From Macrostomum lignano (taxonomy: Eukaryota): a stretch of 64,000 nucleotides of DNA. The notes beneath the pieces were generated by a model. The model was not told the origin of the DNA, did not search any database, and worked only from the letters and a program-made list of their open reading frames with translations. The position numbers and the translations under genes are program-made. Below are positions 1 through 10,720 of this stretch, piece after piece. Position 1 is the first letter of the stretch. Each line of letters begins with the position of its first letter. The stretch spans positions 186,001 through 250,000 of the forward strand of contig NIVC01001655.1 in NCBI GenBank assembly GCA_002269645.1. Reading direction: 5' to 3'.

Positions 1-342
1 GAAGGGCCTGAAGAATCGGAGGAAATGGAAAACAGAGCTACTCCTGAAGGGCCTGAAGAATCAGAGGAAATGGAAAACAGAGCTACACCTGAAGGGCCTG
101 AAGAATCGGAGGAAATGGAAAACAGAGCTACTCCTGAAGGGCCTGAAGAATCAGAGGAAATGGAAAACAGAGCTACACCTGAAGGGCCTGAAGAATCGGA
201 GGAAATGGAAAACAGAGCTACTCCTGAAGGGCCTGAAGAATCGGAGGAAATGGAAAACAGAGCTACTCCTGAAGGGCCTGAAGAATCAGAGGAATCGTGG
301 AGTGAATGCGCCCACGACCTGAATAATCATTGCATGCAATAA
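1..342 (+). CDS. 3' end of an unknown gene: acidic protein with a 15-aa tandem repeat (MENRATPEGPEESEE)
   Basis: About 6.5 copies of a 45-bp in-frame unit run into a unique tail SWSECAHDLNNHCMQ. The TAA at 340-342 overlaps AATAAA at 338-343. The gene starts upstream of the window. Confidence 0.5.
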   Translation, partial: EGPEESEEMENRATPEGPEESEEMENRATPEGPEESEEMENRATPEGPEESEEMENRATPEGPEESEEMENRATPEGPEESEEMENRATPEGPEESEESWSECAHDLNNHCMQ

Positions 343-404
343 AATAGACAATTTTCGTACTGAAAAATCCAGCTATACTACTCATCAGTTCAGTAATTAA
401 AACA

Positions 405-3400
405 TCAGGCATTTCTGTTGGACTTTTTCTGCATCATCTTTAGCATCTGTGGAGGATAATTTATCTCGGATTTTAATCGCTGCTTTGCAGCTTCAGCAGC
501 GGTGGCAGAACTGGCGGTGGAGGCGGTGGCAGTCGCGACAGAGACAGTTGATGTCGAAGCGGCGGAAGCTGTAGAAGCCGCGGCGGTGGCCAGTTGTGTA
601 TCGCCCAATGCCGTACAAGTTGCGTCCAGAGTAGCCGAGAATTCGGCCTCATCGTGTCGCTGCCGGATCAGCTGCAGTTCGAGTTCGGCCACGCGCTGCT
701 CCGAAGCCTCCAGCTGAGCGCGCAGCTGGGCAGTCTGCCTGCTGTACTCCAGCTTGGTGTTGCGCAGGCTGCAGCACTCCAGCTCGCGAGAGCGCAGAGC
801 TTCCTGGCATTCGGCTAGGCGAGCTTCCAGCGTTACGCCGCGACCCTGCGCAGCCGCCGAGGCCTGCAGAAGCGACGATGCGGAAGATGCGGCGGGTGCG
901 GCCGCGGAATTGAAGCCGCAGGTGCGCTCGAAGGTGCGAAGTACGCTGGCGCTCTGCAGCTTATTGGCGTTCTGGGATACTTCCAGCAGTTGCACCTGTT
1001 CATGGGGGTAGGGATATCTTTATTGCCCTCGGACTTGGGACTAGCACTATGGATGTAAGACAGCAATTTAAGAAACATGTTTTGGTAATTAGAGGATAAT
1101 TCCTTGTGATTTAGGATTAGGGATAATCCTACTGTATAAAAGTTGGAAGGTCACTTTTTTACTATGTGACCGTTTGTGACCTTCATTTGACCCTTAGAGC
1201 AATTTATGAGGCTTAACTTGCAACATTCACCAAATGCTGAGCTGTTGATTATTTTTATTCCAGTATCACTTTCAGACCATAATTTTTTATTCTGGTGTGA
1301 AGTTGCACTATTTCACTATTAGTAAAGAAAAATGTAAAAAAAAACATTTCTAATGTCAAAGTTCGGCTTGACAAACTTTATGAACCCCATCTCTGGAAAT
1401 TTGTGATTTGTTATATGCTATAACGTCGACATCTTGAACTGCTGTACATGCTTGTACGTATCTTCAGTATTTAGGCGCGCAACTATGCAGCTTTGCCTAG
1501 TTGTATTTGAGCATCTGCAAGGCAGCAGAAAGCCGCGAAAAGCCGCTCTGCAATTTTGTGGCTTCTGGACCCGTCGACGTATTTCGCATATCCTCTGGCT
1601 TGTCAACCACCTCAAAATGGATTTTGCACAGACGGCATTATTTAACAACAATAATTTTTATTGCAATCTGACAGACACTATAATGCTTAGCAATATGAAG
1701 CCTGCCAAACGCGACAACCACTTGTGTGTCATGCCTATTTCACTGCTTTCTTGCAGGGCTTCGACACGTACAAGGAACTCCACTCTGTTATCTGCAACAG
1801 ATGTTAGTGGGTTGAATTTGTCTAATGGATTAACTTTTTCAACCTGCTGCAAAAAATGTGTAGTGACTGGCTGCTTACTGGCCATTCAGCACATTCACTA
1901 GCTTTCCTTAAGAGCTCTGTGTTCCGCTGCACAGCAGTTCAGTCCACCTGACCTAGAGAGAGACACCCTGTGCTGGGCCTAAGTGTTTACTGCCCGATGA
2001 CTCATCGCCCGAGCAGGCGCGGACAGCTACACACAATGTCTTCCCACTCGCGCTGAGGAGGCATAGCAGGATGACTCATCACCTGCCCTGAGTGTTTTTA
2101 GCACAGAAAAAGCACGTGACTCTCTAGAGTGCACAGAAATGCACTCTAGTTGTGCGTGGCAGCTGACCTTGAGTCACACCACGGCGGCGTGACAGGATTA
2201 CCTTTTTTGGAAGTTGGCCTTGAGTCACGCATCTCTTGCATGACTCGGACGGCCAAATAAGGAAGTTTCACGCGCTCACTGCATGAAACTTACGTGACTT
2301 TTGGGGGTCCGCTCGGCTATAAATACAGAGCATCTGGACGCCGTTCTTCCCCAGATCGTCCTGCCTGTCCGGCGACCGGAGATGCCTCTCTGCTTCCGAG
2401 CTCTCCTCTCTCATTTCAGGATTTCAGGTTCGAGCAGCAATTTTAGGAACGATCAACTGTCGAGACATTTTCAGATTTGCCTTACTCCGAGCGACTTCGT
2501 TATTCGTTATATATACTCTGCCGACGCGTCGAGTCCGCAAACCAAGGTGGCAGCAATCCTACCAAGCCTAAGGCTAACTTTTTAGGTTCTTTTCAGGCAA
2601 ATCGATAGGTAGTACAACGGTACTATCTAGCTACTTCAGGAGCAGCAAGTTCAAATTTAGGTACAACATTAGGAACTCGGGAAGAAGCGTAACAAATGTT
2701 TAAAATTGAAGCGTCACCCAATATAGGGGCGGTGGATGAGCGGCTAGCTTCCATCCGTTCGTGAATAGGGCCACCTTCGAAAAGCTTGAGACTTGGTTGT
2801 ACTTGTATCTGTACGCGCTAATGTAATTTATACTGACTACTACAACTACTTCATGCTTCTTTATGTGGATATCATTGGTAGGTGCACCACATGCGCAGGT
2901 TCTCAACTTTAAAGCACTTCTACATGGAACTAAGTACGCCATCAGCACAGACTCACGGCGTTAACCAAGAGTGTCAGCCTTTTGGAACGTATACCATGCT
3001 GTACGGGCCTATCTAGAAACGTCCACAAGCCTCTTTAAGTCCAACCACAGAAAACTGGAGATCCCGTATTCATGACACGAGACATTTCGATGCTCAGATG
3101 TTTAGGGTTTTTATTACCCGTCAACTGGCTCAGCGATATTTAACTGGACTGTTAATTGTGCCTGTCGACCTGTCACCCTGGCCTAACAGTGGTCCGAGCC
3201 GCAAAACAGCTGACAGAATACGATTGATTGCAGCACAGCGACATCGCGGCTATCAGCAGCTTGTGCTGCCCAGTGGAAGTCTTTCATTTTAAAATGCTAT
3301 TTAGGAAAAGCACCTGTTCAATTGCTTATATTCTTAGTAAGCCAGCAGAGCTAATGAAAGCAAAGTTCGCTCGTTTCGAATTGATTAAAGTCGTGGACGA

Positions 3401-6400
3401 CCACCTGACTCTGAAGGTCCATCGCCTCCTGACTTAACACATAAGCCTCACAATTATCCACTGCATCGCCTCTCCGGACGACGACTGCATGGCGACTGTG
3501 CATTGGCCTATCTACTCCGGCAGCTCCAGTCTGTTCGTACAAGTTTCTCAGCATTACTTCCGTCTTGATCTTTTATAGTATTTCGCAGCAACTTGCTGCA
3601 TTTCCAACCTAGCTGCGGCTTTTACGCTATTGCTCGTATATCGCAAATGTAGTTTCATTCGTAGCTGCCGTATCATCGTCAAGTACAATATCTGTATTTT
3701 TTCTGTTTTTTTACTATGTCAGTAGTATATAGTGTACAATACATTTATATACTGCTTGATTAGTTATTATTGATTTATAGCTTATTTCATATGCTGTATC
3801 AATTGCTTTCATGATGAGAGCAATTTTCAGCTGTTTATTTCACGTTTTTAGGTGAGTATACAAGCATATGCACTGTGCCCAACATAGTTTGAATTGGCAA
3901 TTAAACACTACAAAATTTAAACTTTGTAAAGATTAGTAAATTGAAAACTACAATTTAATGACCATATTGACAAGTTAAAAAAATTAGACATGATTGGTTG
4001 CCATCTTGTTTGTAATTCACTAAGCAATCAAGCATATATAGCAAGGCCCCACAGCAACCAGTCAGTCCTTATCCGTTTTAGCTTATTCACAGTTCAAAAA
4101 CCATTTCAGTTTACTGCGCTATGTCTAACGCAGCGACAACTGTCAAGAAAGCTAGCGAGCGCAAAAAGCGACAGAGGCAGAAGTTCTGCAGCAGGAGCCG
4201 ACGAGCAGTAAGAGTAGCAAGTCGTCGGAGTCCTCCGTTAACAAGTCCACCACTTGGTGAGTGGTAGAGTACCGAGCAATGGATAGCGGTAGGATGTGCA
4301 TAATCAATTTCTGCTGTGTTATCCTGGAAGCTGCTAAACGGAACACCTTGATCGTTAATGATAGCGTAGCAATGATACCCAGCAAGACGTGAAAGATATA
4401 TTGCGTCTGATTTTTTAAGGGACTGTTCAAGGCCAAGACGGCCGCGGACAACGCTGCACGTGCGTGTCTTGCAGTACCAGCTGGGTAATTAGCGTCGTTG
4501 GGTACCGCGATGTCTTCATCGGCGATTTGTCAGGAATAGGACGGCAGAATTACAGTCTGTCAAAAGAGAGCCTGCTGAATCAGCTGGAAAACAGCCAAGC
4601 GAATAAAGAAGGTTGCAGAGCAAGTAGGACACGACTGAAGAAAAAATAAACGAGCTGAAGACGGTAGCTCAGCTACAGTCAGCTGAGGAGTCATCGTCGC
4701 AAAATGTCTTTCTTTACGCTCGCTGAAGCTCTAACTGCCGCTATAACGAGCATTGCTGTCGGTTCAATTGAAAGAGGTCTGAAAGAGGTTTAGTAATCAA
4801 TCTCACAAATATGCCACCAGCAACTGTTAACAGCATTTCGGCTGCTGCTGACCTGCAGTCCCACTCGTCATCTGTCTAAGCATCGGCACCCACTGTCGCA
4901 TTGTGCCAACGCTTTCCAAGTGTTTTACTTGGCATCGCCAACTACCAGACCGTTTCTGCTACAAAGAAGGGGGCCATTCAGACCTTCGTCAAAGGTCTGG
5001 GTTGCCCGGACCAAAACAATGTTAAGATCCGATATTTGTTGAAGACCTTCCGGCACGGAGCCCATAGGCGAAACCCGAGCAGCGGACGCTAGTACGAACA
5101 AGATGGGTTCGCCACGCGCGCCGAGGATCGCCACAGAATTATCAAGAGAATAAAAGATCAAAATCAAAACCTCCTATCGGACACAGTCCAAAGACCATCA
5201 TCATCTACGACCTTAACAGCTATCGACACAACAAGCGCGTGAAATGGAGCCCAATAAAAAAGAAAGCATTAATTGGCAAGGCATGCACGATGCAGAAACA
5301 ACGTTGAAAGTACGAGTAGAAATGGAGAAACGCCTTGAAATGATATAAGGGGCAACAATCAGCTCAAACATCCCATCGTCGAGGCAAGACCTGCAGTCGA
5401 TCATAACCGAAAGTGCAAGAAAGATTTGCGGCACACGGAGAAAACAAGATGGGAAAGCCAACAATAAAATTGCAATGAGCCAACCGAGAACACGAAGCCC
5501 TCTAAGGAAAGCGCCGATTGCGACAGAGATCGACGACGACCACAGACGGCGACATACCCATGCGAGTACCCAGACTGTGGCAAGATCTGCCGGAAAACTT
5601 TTAGACAGGAGGCTACGATGATCGGAGCGAGACAGAGGTGAACATCCAACAATGTGCAGTGCGTCAAATGCGACGCTCTGGTGTAGAGTTCAAATCTGGC
5701 GCGGCACAGAAGAGCTAGCTTGTCAGGGGACGGCGGCAGGGGAAGAAGTCAGGCCGTGTAGACAGTGGCTAGGAAGTATCGCGCAGCAACAGCAACGTGC
5801 GAGGACTGCGGACGGGTGCCGTCCAAGACAAACATGGCCTGTCCAGACATCGGAGGACATGTCGAGGCGAGTGATGACTACAGGTGTCGAATGCCCTATG
5901 GCACATAGAAGATGACTGAAGAAAAGCGGGATGCCAGAGAAGAGAATCTCTGATTGAGTAAACTAAGTTTCTGGTATGAAAATACAATATGGAAAAAATT
6001 AGACTTGATCATGGAAATTAAGTACGAGTGCAACTTCACTATACCAGGCTGTTTGTTTGTTTTTTGACACTGTTTTTTTCTAAAATCAACCCAACACACA
6101 AGGGTCACAATCACAGTCTTTTCATCTGATGACGGTCACATTGACGATCGACCGTTTTTTGACAGAAACTTTAATCTCATCAATCCAATCTTTATTTGGA
6201 TTAGGGATAATCTTATCTGAAATTGGGATTAGCGATAATCCTACCTGATTAGCGATAATCCTATCTGGATTTGGGATTAGCGATAATTCTACCTGTATTT
6301 GGGATTAGCGATAATCCTATCTGGATTTGGGATTAGCGATAATCCTACCTGTATTTGGATTAGGGATAACCTTTTCTGAAATTGGGATTAGCGATAATCC

Positions 6401-9400
6401 TACCTGTATTGGGATTAGCGATAATCCTTTCTGGATTTGGGATTAGCGATAATTCTACCTGTATTTGGGATCATACATGCGCAACAGTCGGCCGAGTCGG
6501 CCGATCGGGCCGACCGATTTGGCGGCCAACCAAGGAAGTCGCAAAAATGCCCACCCGAAAAAACACCAAGTAGTAGTACTAAGTAGCTGACGAGGCATTT
6601 TGGCTTTATAAGACTGTTATAGTTACTCCTGCCGTTTACCCAAAGTTGCGTTAATTTTGCTTTCGGGTTTTTTACATGTAAGTCGCATTTTTGGCCAAAA
6701 ACTACGTCGCATTTTTGTTAAAACTAAGTCGCACGGCCGACCGAATTTTGGAGGTTGCGCATGTATGTTTGGGATTAGCGATAATCCAACCTGTATTTGG
6801 GATTAGCGATAATCCAACCTGTATTTGGGATTAGCGATAATCCTACCTGTATTTGGGATTAGCGATAATCCTATCTGGATTTTGGATTAGGGATAATCCT
6901 ATCCCTAAGATGCGGAAGAATGCGGATAAGTACATAACTTTTGGGATTTAGAGTTATAATAAATTTTAAAATTGACCTTTCGCTGCAGCGCCTCGATCTG
7001 CTGCCGGCTCCATGCCGCCTCCTGCTCCAAGTCGGCCACGTACTGAGCATTGTAGGCTGGCCGGGCGCGCTCTCGCATCCTGGCGGCGAACAGGCAGCGC
7101 ATCTCGGCAGCCTCGGCGTCCTTCTTCGCCAGCCGATCGCGAAGCTGAGCGACGCCTTGCTGCAGTTCAACGACGCGGAGCTCCGCTTTCACCCGACGAT
7201 CTTCCAGTTCGGCGAACAGCGAGTTGCCGCGCTCCACCAGCTGGCGAGCGTCGCCAGCTTCAGCGTCCGTTGACAAGGCGTCGCCGTCGTTAGCTTCCGA
7301 GTTGGGCGCGCCGCCTGGACGACCCGCGGCGGCCGCTCGGAGTCTCTGCTCGTCGACCGCCAAGACGAGGGCCTCGGCCTCGGCTTCTCGTTCGGCGAGG
7401 CGGTCGCGCAGCAGCGAAGACTCTGCGCGGGCGGCGTCGGCGGCTTCTTCGGCATCGGCGAGGCGAACGGCCAGCTTGCGCAGCTCCGACTGGGGAAATT
7501 TAGAAGATATGATGATGGGATTTTGAGGATATGATGGGATTTTGAAGATATGATGGAATTTTGAGGATGATGATGGGATTTTGAGGATGATGATGGGATT
7601 TCGAGGATGATGATAATTGGATTTTTAGAATGATGATGGAATTTTATGGATGATGATGGGATTTTGAGGGTGATGATGGGATTTCGAGGATGATGATGGG
7701 ATTTCGAGGATGATGATAATGGGATTTTTAGAATGATGATGGAATTTTATGGATGATGATGGGATTTTGAGGGTGATGATGGGATTTCGAGGATGATGAT
7801 GGGATTTCGAGGATGATGATAATGGGATTTTTAGAATGATGATGGAATTTTATGGATGATGATGGGATTTTGAGGGTGATGATGGGATTTCGAGGATGAT
7901 GATGGGATTTTGAGGATATGATGGGATTTCGAGGATGATGATAATGGGGTTTTGATAATACGATGGGATTTTGATATGGGCGTGTCCTACGGTTTAGGCT
8001 ACTGGTTTACTGGTTTCTTTTCAATTTGATTAATTTGAGCTCGGGAGACTCCGGGCTTAAAGCTGGAAGATTTTTTTAGCTACCTTAAATTGTATGAGTA
8101 GTCGTTACTATCTAGGCTATGTTGCTCTACTAATCTGCTATTACGTACTTTTATTTGGTAGGTCGCTGCCACAAGACTAATGCCCCTTATAAATTAATGT
8201 TAAATTAAAATAAGTGAGACAAGAGTCAGTTTCATATAAGATTATTTAGATTAGATAAACAAAAGAAATATTATTAAACCAAATATGCAAAGACAGTACA
8301 CAATTAATCCCTGTTTTAGCACTTCGGTAGACTCCGATTACTTATTTAGACCAATGGTAGACTCCTTTAGTCTTTTCTTATGTTACCTGATTTATAATCC
8401 TATTCTCGGTAGACTCCGTTTTTGACTAAGTGGTAGACTCCTTCTTAGCCTCCCTATTTTACCCCTTAGAATTTTATCCTTAACTTACCCTTGATTTCTT
8501 TAAGCTTCTGTATTAAATTTTGAAAGGGAGACTCCCTTATTTTCTATTCTAGAATTGAGATCTTTGTCTCTATAAATAATGTCCTGATGGACGGTCCTGA
8601 ACGGATGCTTTTCCCGAGGCTAAACAGCCTTTTACTAATAGAGGAACCCGCTAATACTCGAATTCCCACAACTTCGACTACTTTCCCGAGGGTGAACTAC
8701 TATCAGTAGTGTAAAAGCAAAACTGCTTATTCTCGATTTTAAAAAGCTGAAGTAAAATGACTTGGCGAATCAGAACCCTTGGCAAACGCCTTTAGCAAAA
8801 CTGCTTGAACTAAACCCCCCTACTACAATTTTAATAATATGATGAGATTTTGAGGATAATGGTGATAAGATGTGAGGATTTATGATGTGATTTTGGGGAT
8901 TGATGAGATTCTAAGGCAGGGGTCTGCAAATCCGGCCTGCTCAAGGTTTATCACTTTTCAGCTCTCTTCTCCATTCTCTCATCTCTGCCCTCTTTTTTCT
9001 TTTCTCCCTCTCCTCTCTAGCTACAAGATTATTATCGTACATACGCGACGCTTTAAAAAGTGATTTAATTTAGATTTGCTTTCTGTCCTAATACTAAATC
9101 TAAATAATCAGAGTATTAGTTTGGCAGCATTCGCTTTTACCCACCTTATAAGTCAGCTCCTGCTCATAGCGGTCTCGCAGTGCTTCCTCCTCTGCGTCGC
9201 GGGCAGCGGCCAGCGCCTCCTTGACCTCGGCCAGCTGCGAGCGGAGCAGCGACACCGTCGAGTCGGTTGCGGCTGTCGCCGAGGCTGGATTAGCCGCAGT
9301 CACCTGAGTTGTAGCAGATGCCGATGTGCTGGATGACGCGGCGACTGTCTCCTTGCCAGTCACGCTGGCTGACTCAGCCGGTGTTTGCGGCGAGCTGCCG

Positions 9401-9750
9401 GCGGAAGCGGCGGCGGCAGCAGCGGCAGCAGCGGCGGCAGCGTTGGCCTGTTTCAGCTCCGCAGCCAGCGCTTTCCGAGCTCGCTCGAGTTCGTCTAACT
9501 CGGAGGCGTAGTGCGACTCCATTTGGCGGGCAATTTTAAGGCCGCCATTTAGTTCGTGATTCTCCTGCTCAAGTGAGCAGCAGCGACCGTTCAGGTCGGC
9601 CAGCTGTCTCTGCAGGCGGCTGCAGACCGCCCGCTTGTGCTGCAGATTTTCCTCCAGCTCCTGGCGGCTCAAGCAGTCCGGGCTGCCTTTGTTTGGCGTG
9701 TCCGCCTCCAGTGGGGAAGGCAGCATCTCAGTGCTGGTTGCATCAATCAT
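405..9750 (-). CDS. SPDL1: Spindly (kinetochore dynein adaptor), coiled-coil protein, ~569 aa
   Basis: Exons 9750-9145, 7489-6977 and 995-405 are joined by phase-0 GT-AG introns (YK|SELRK; QRK|VQLLE). The Spindly motif RGNSLFAELEDRR lies at 7193-7231 (human KGNSLFAEVEDRR), and the protein is coiled-coil throughout. The start ATG is uncertain. Confidence 0.8.
1420..1900 (-). mobile_element. Possible decayed hAT-like transposase C-terminal fragment in a Spindly intron
   Basis: Broken translation RVEFLVRV...LSRLAGFILLSII...LSAALQMLKYN loosely resembles the hAT dimerisation region. It has several stops and frameshifts. Confidence 0.25.
1918..2668 (+). mobile_element. LTR-like segment (possible solo LTR)
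   Basis: Starts TGT and ends TACAACA, with TATAAATA at 2318 preceded by four AP-1 sites. No TSD was found. Confidence 0.3.
4900..5900 (+). mobile_element. Decayed non-LTR retrotransposon ORF2 3' end with C2H2-like zinc fingers
   Basis: Frameshifted translation gives TRWVRHAR (similar to LRWxGHxxR), then YPCEYPDCGKIC, QCVKCDALV*SSNLARHRR and TCEDCGRVPSKTNM..SRHRRTC. Confidence 0.4.
6190..6905. repeat. 28-bp minisatellite (TTTGGGATTAGCGATAATCCTACCTGTA)
   Basis: Directly visible tandem copies near the donor end of the Spindly intron. A related copy lies at ~1105-1135 at the other end of the same intron. Confidence 0.9.
6472..6767. mobile_element. hAT-type MITE, 296 bp
   Basis: Perfect 14-bp TIR CATACATGCGCAAC/GTTGCGCATGTATG and 8-bp TSD TTTGGGAT (6464-6471, 6768-6775). 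Confidence 0.9.
7500..7980. repeat. ~20-bp minisatellite (GATGATGATGGGATTTTGAG) with ~100-bp higher-order period
   Basis: Tandem copies start immediately beside the Spindly exon acceptor at 7490. Confidence 0.85.
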
Positions 9751-10079
9751 TATTGGACATGCAAGCTGTGCAAGATATCCAGACTTGAATGGCAAACTAA
9801 AAATATGCAATCTGACACCTTCGCTCTGTGGCCACTTGAGACTGGCAGAGATATCTACCATTGCTGTTTGCTTTCTAGCTGCTGTATAGCATCAAATGGT
9901 ATACATGTATCTTATGTAGCTACGAATATGGCTACAGGAAGTTACAGTATACAGAGGTTTTTCAGCAAAGCATACAGATATGGATATCGTTACAGGTACT
10001 CATACTTCATATATTTAGTTCCCATCTAGCAATACCACTCAACTGAGAATTGAAAGACCACTAGAGCTATAGGGTTAAG

Positions 10080-10720
10080 GTAGTAGAAATCAATGAATTT
10101 TGCCAGTTTCAAAGTGAGAGGAACTTTTAAGTCCCTAGAATTGAGGATTAGGATAGAACAGGATGGAACATTCCACATTGCGGTTGGGTGGTATGGGCTA
10201 AAGTTAAAACAATTTTTTTCACTTTCAAATGAGAGCTCTTAGGTCCCTGCATGGATTTGGGGACTTAGCAACAGAAAGTTTTGGTGCCACATGCATGATA
10301 TAGTTGGGTGGTGTAAGGGGGGGCTAATGTTAAGATGAATGTTTTCACTTTCAATGCAGGGAAGCTCTTAAGTCCCTGGGTTGGGGACTTAAACAATAGA
10401 GTTTTGATGTCACATGAACATTGGGATTGGGTGGTGGGGCTAAATTAAAGATGAATGTTTTCACTTTCAATGTGAAGGCTAAGGGGAGCTCTTTTTTAAG
10501 TTACTAGAATTAGGGACTTAAGCAACAAAGACAAATGTTTGACTCTATATGCATATTGAGGTTCAAATAAGGGGGGGGGGGGGGGGGTTATAGTTAAGAT
10601 ATGTTTTTACTTTCAATATAAAGGGAGCTTTAAGTCCCTGGGATCAGGGACTCAAACAACACATTTTTGACACCATATACACATTTTGGTTGGGATAGTA
10701 GGGGCTTAAGTTAAGATAAA
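10080..10720. repeat. Degenerate ~125-bp tandem repeat
   Basis: Recurring GTCCCT..GGGACTT..AAGATGAATGTTTTCACTTTCAA blocks, about 5 copies. Confidence 0.6.

Noticed and set aside
502-1078. Overlapping antisense or alternate-frame ORFs over GC-rich exons (also at 7012-7526, 9318-10029, 53032-53844, 61028-61570)
   Set aside because: These are shadow ORFs expected opposite or overlapping GC-rich coding exons, with no independent motifs.
6126-6170. Hammerhead-like CTGATGA followed by a CGGTC/GACCG stem
   Set aside because: The required GAAA does not follow stem II directly and no stems I/III are evident.
6190-6905. Telomere-like GGGATTAG words
   Set aside because: They are part of a 28-bp minisatellite unit, not (TTAGGG)n.
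7983-8827. Possible solo LTR (TGT...ACA ends, internal TATA)
   Set aside because: No TSD and no second copy or internal domain in the window.
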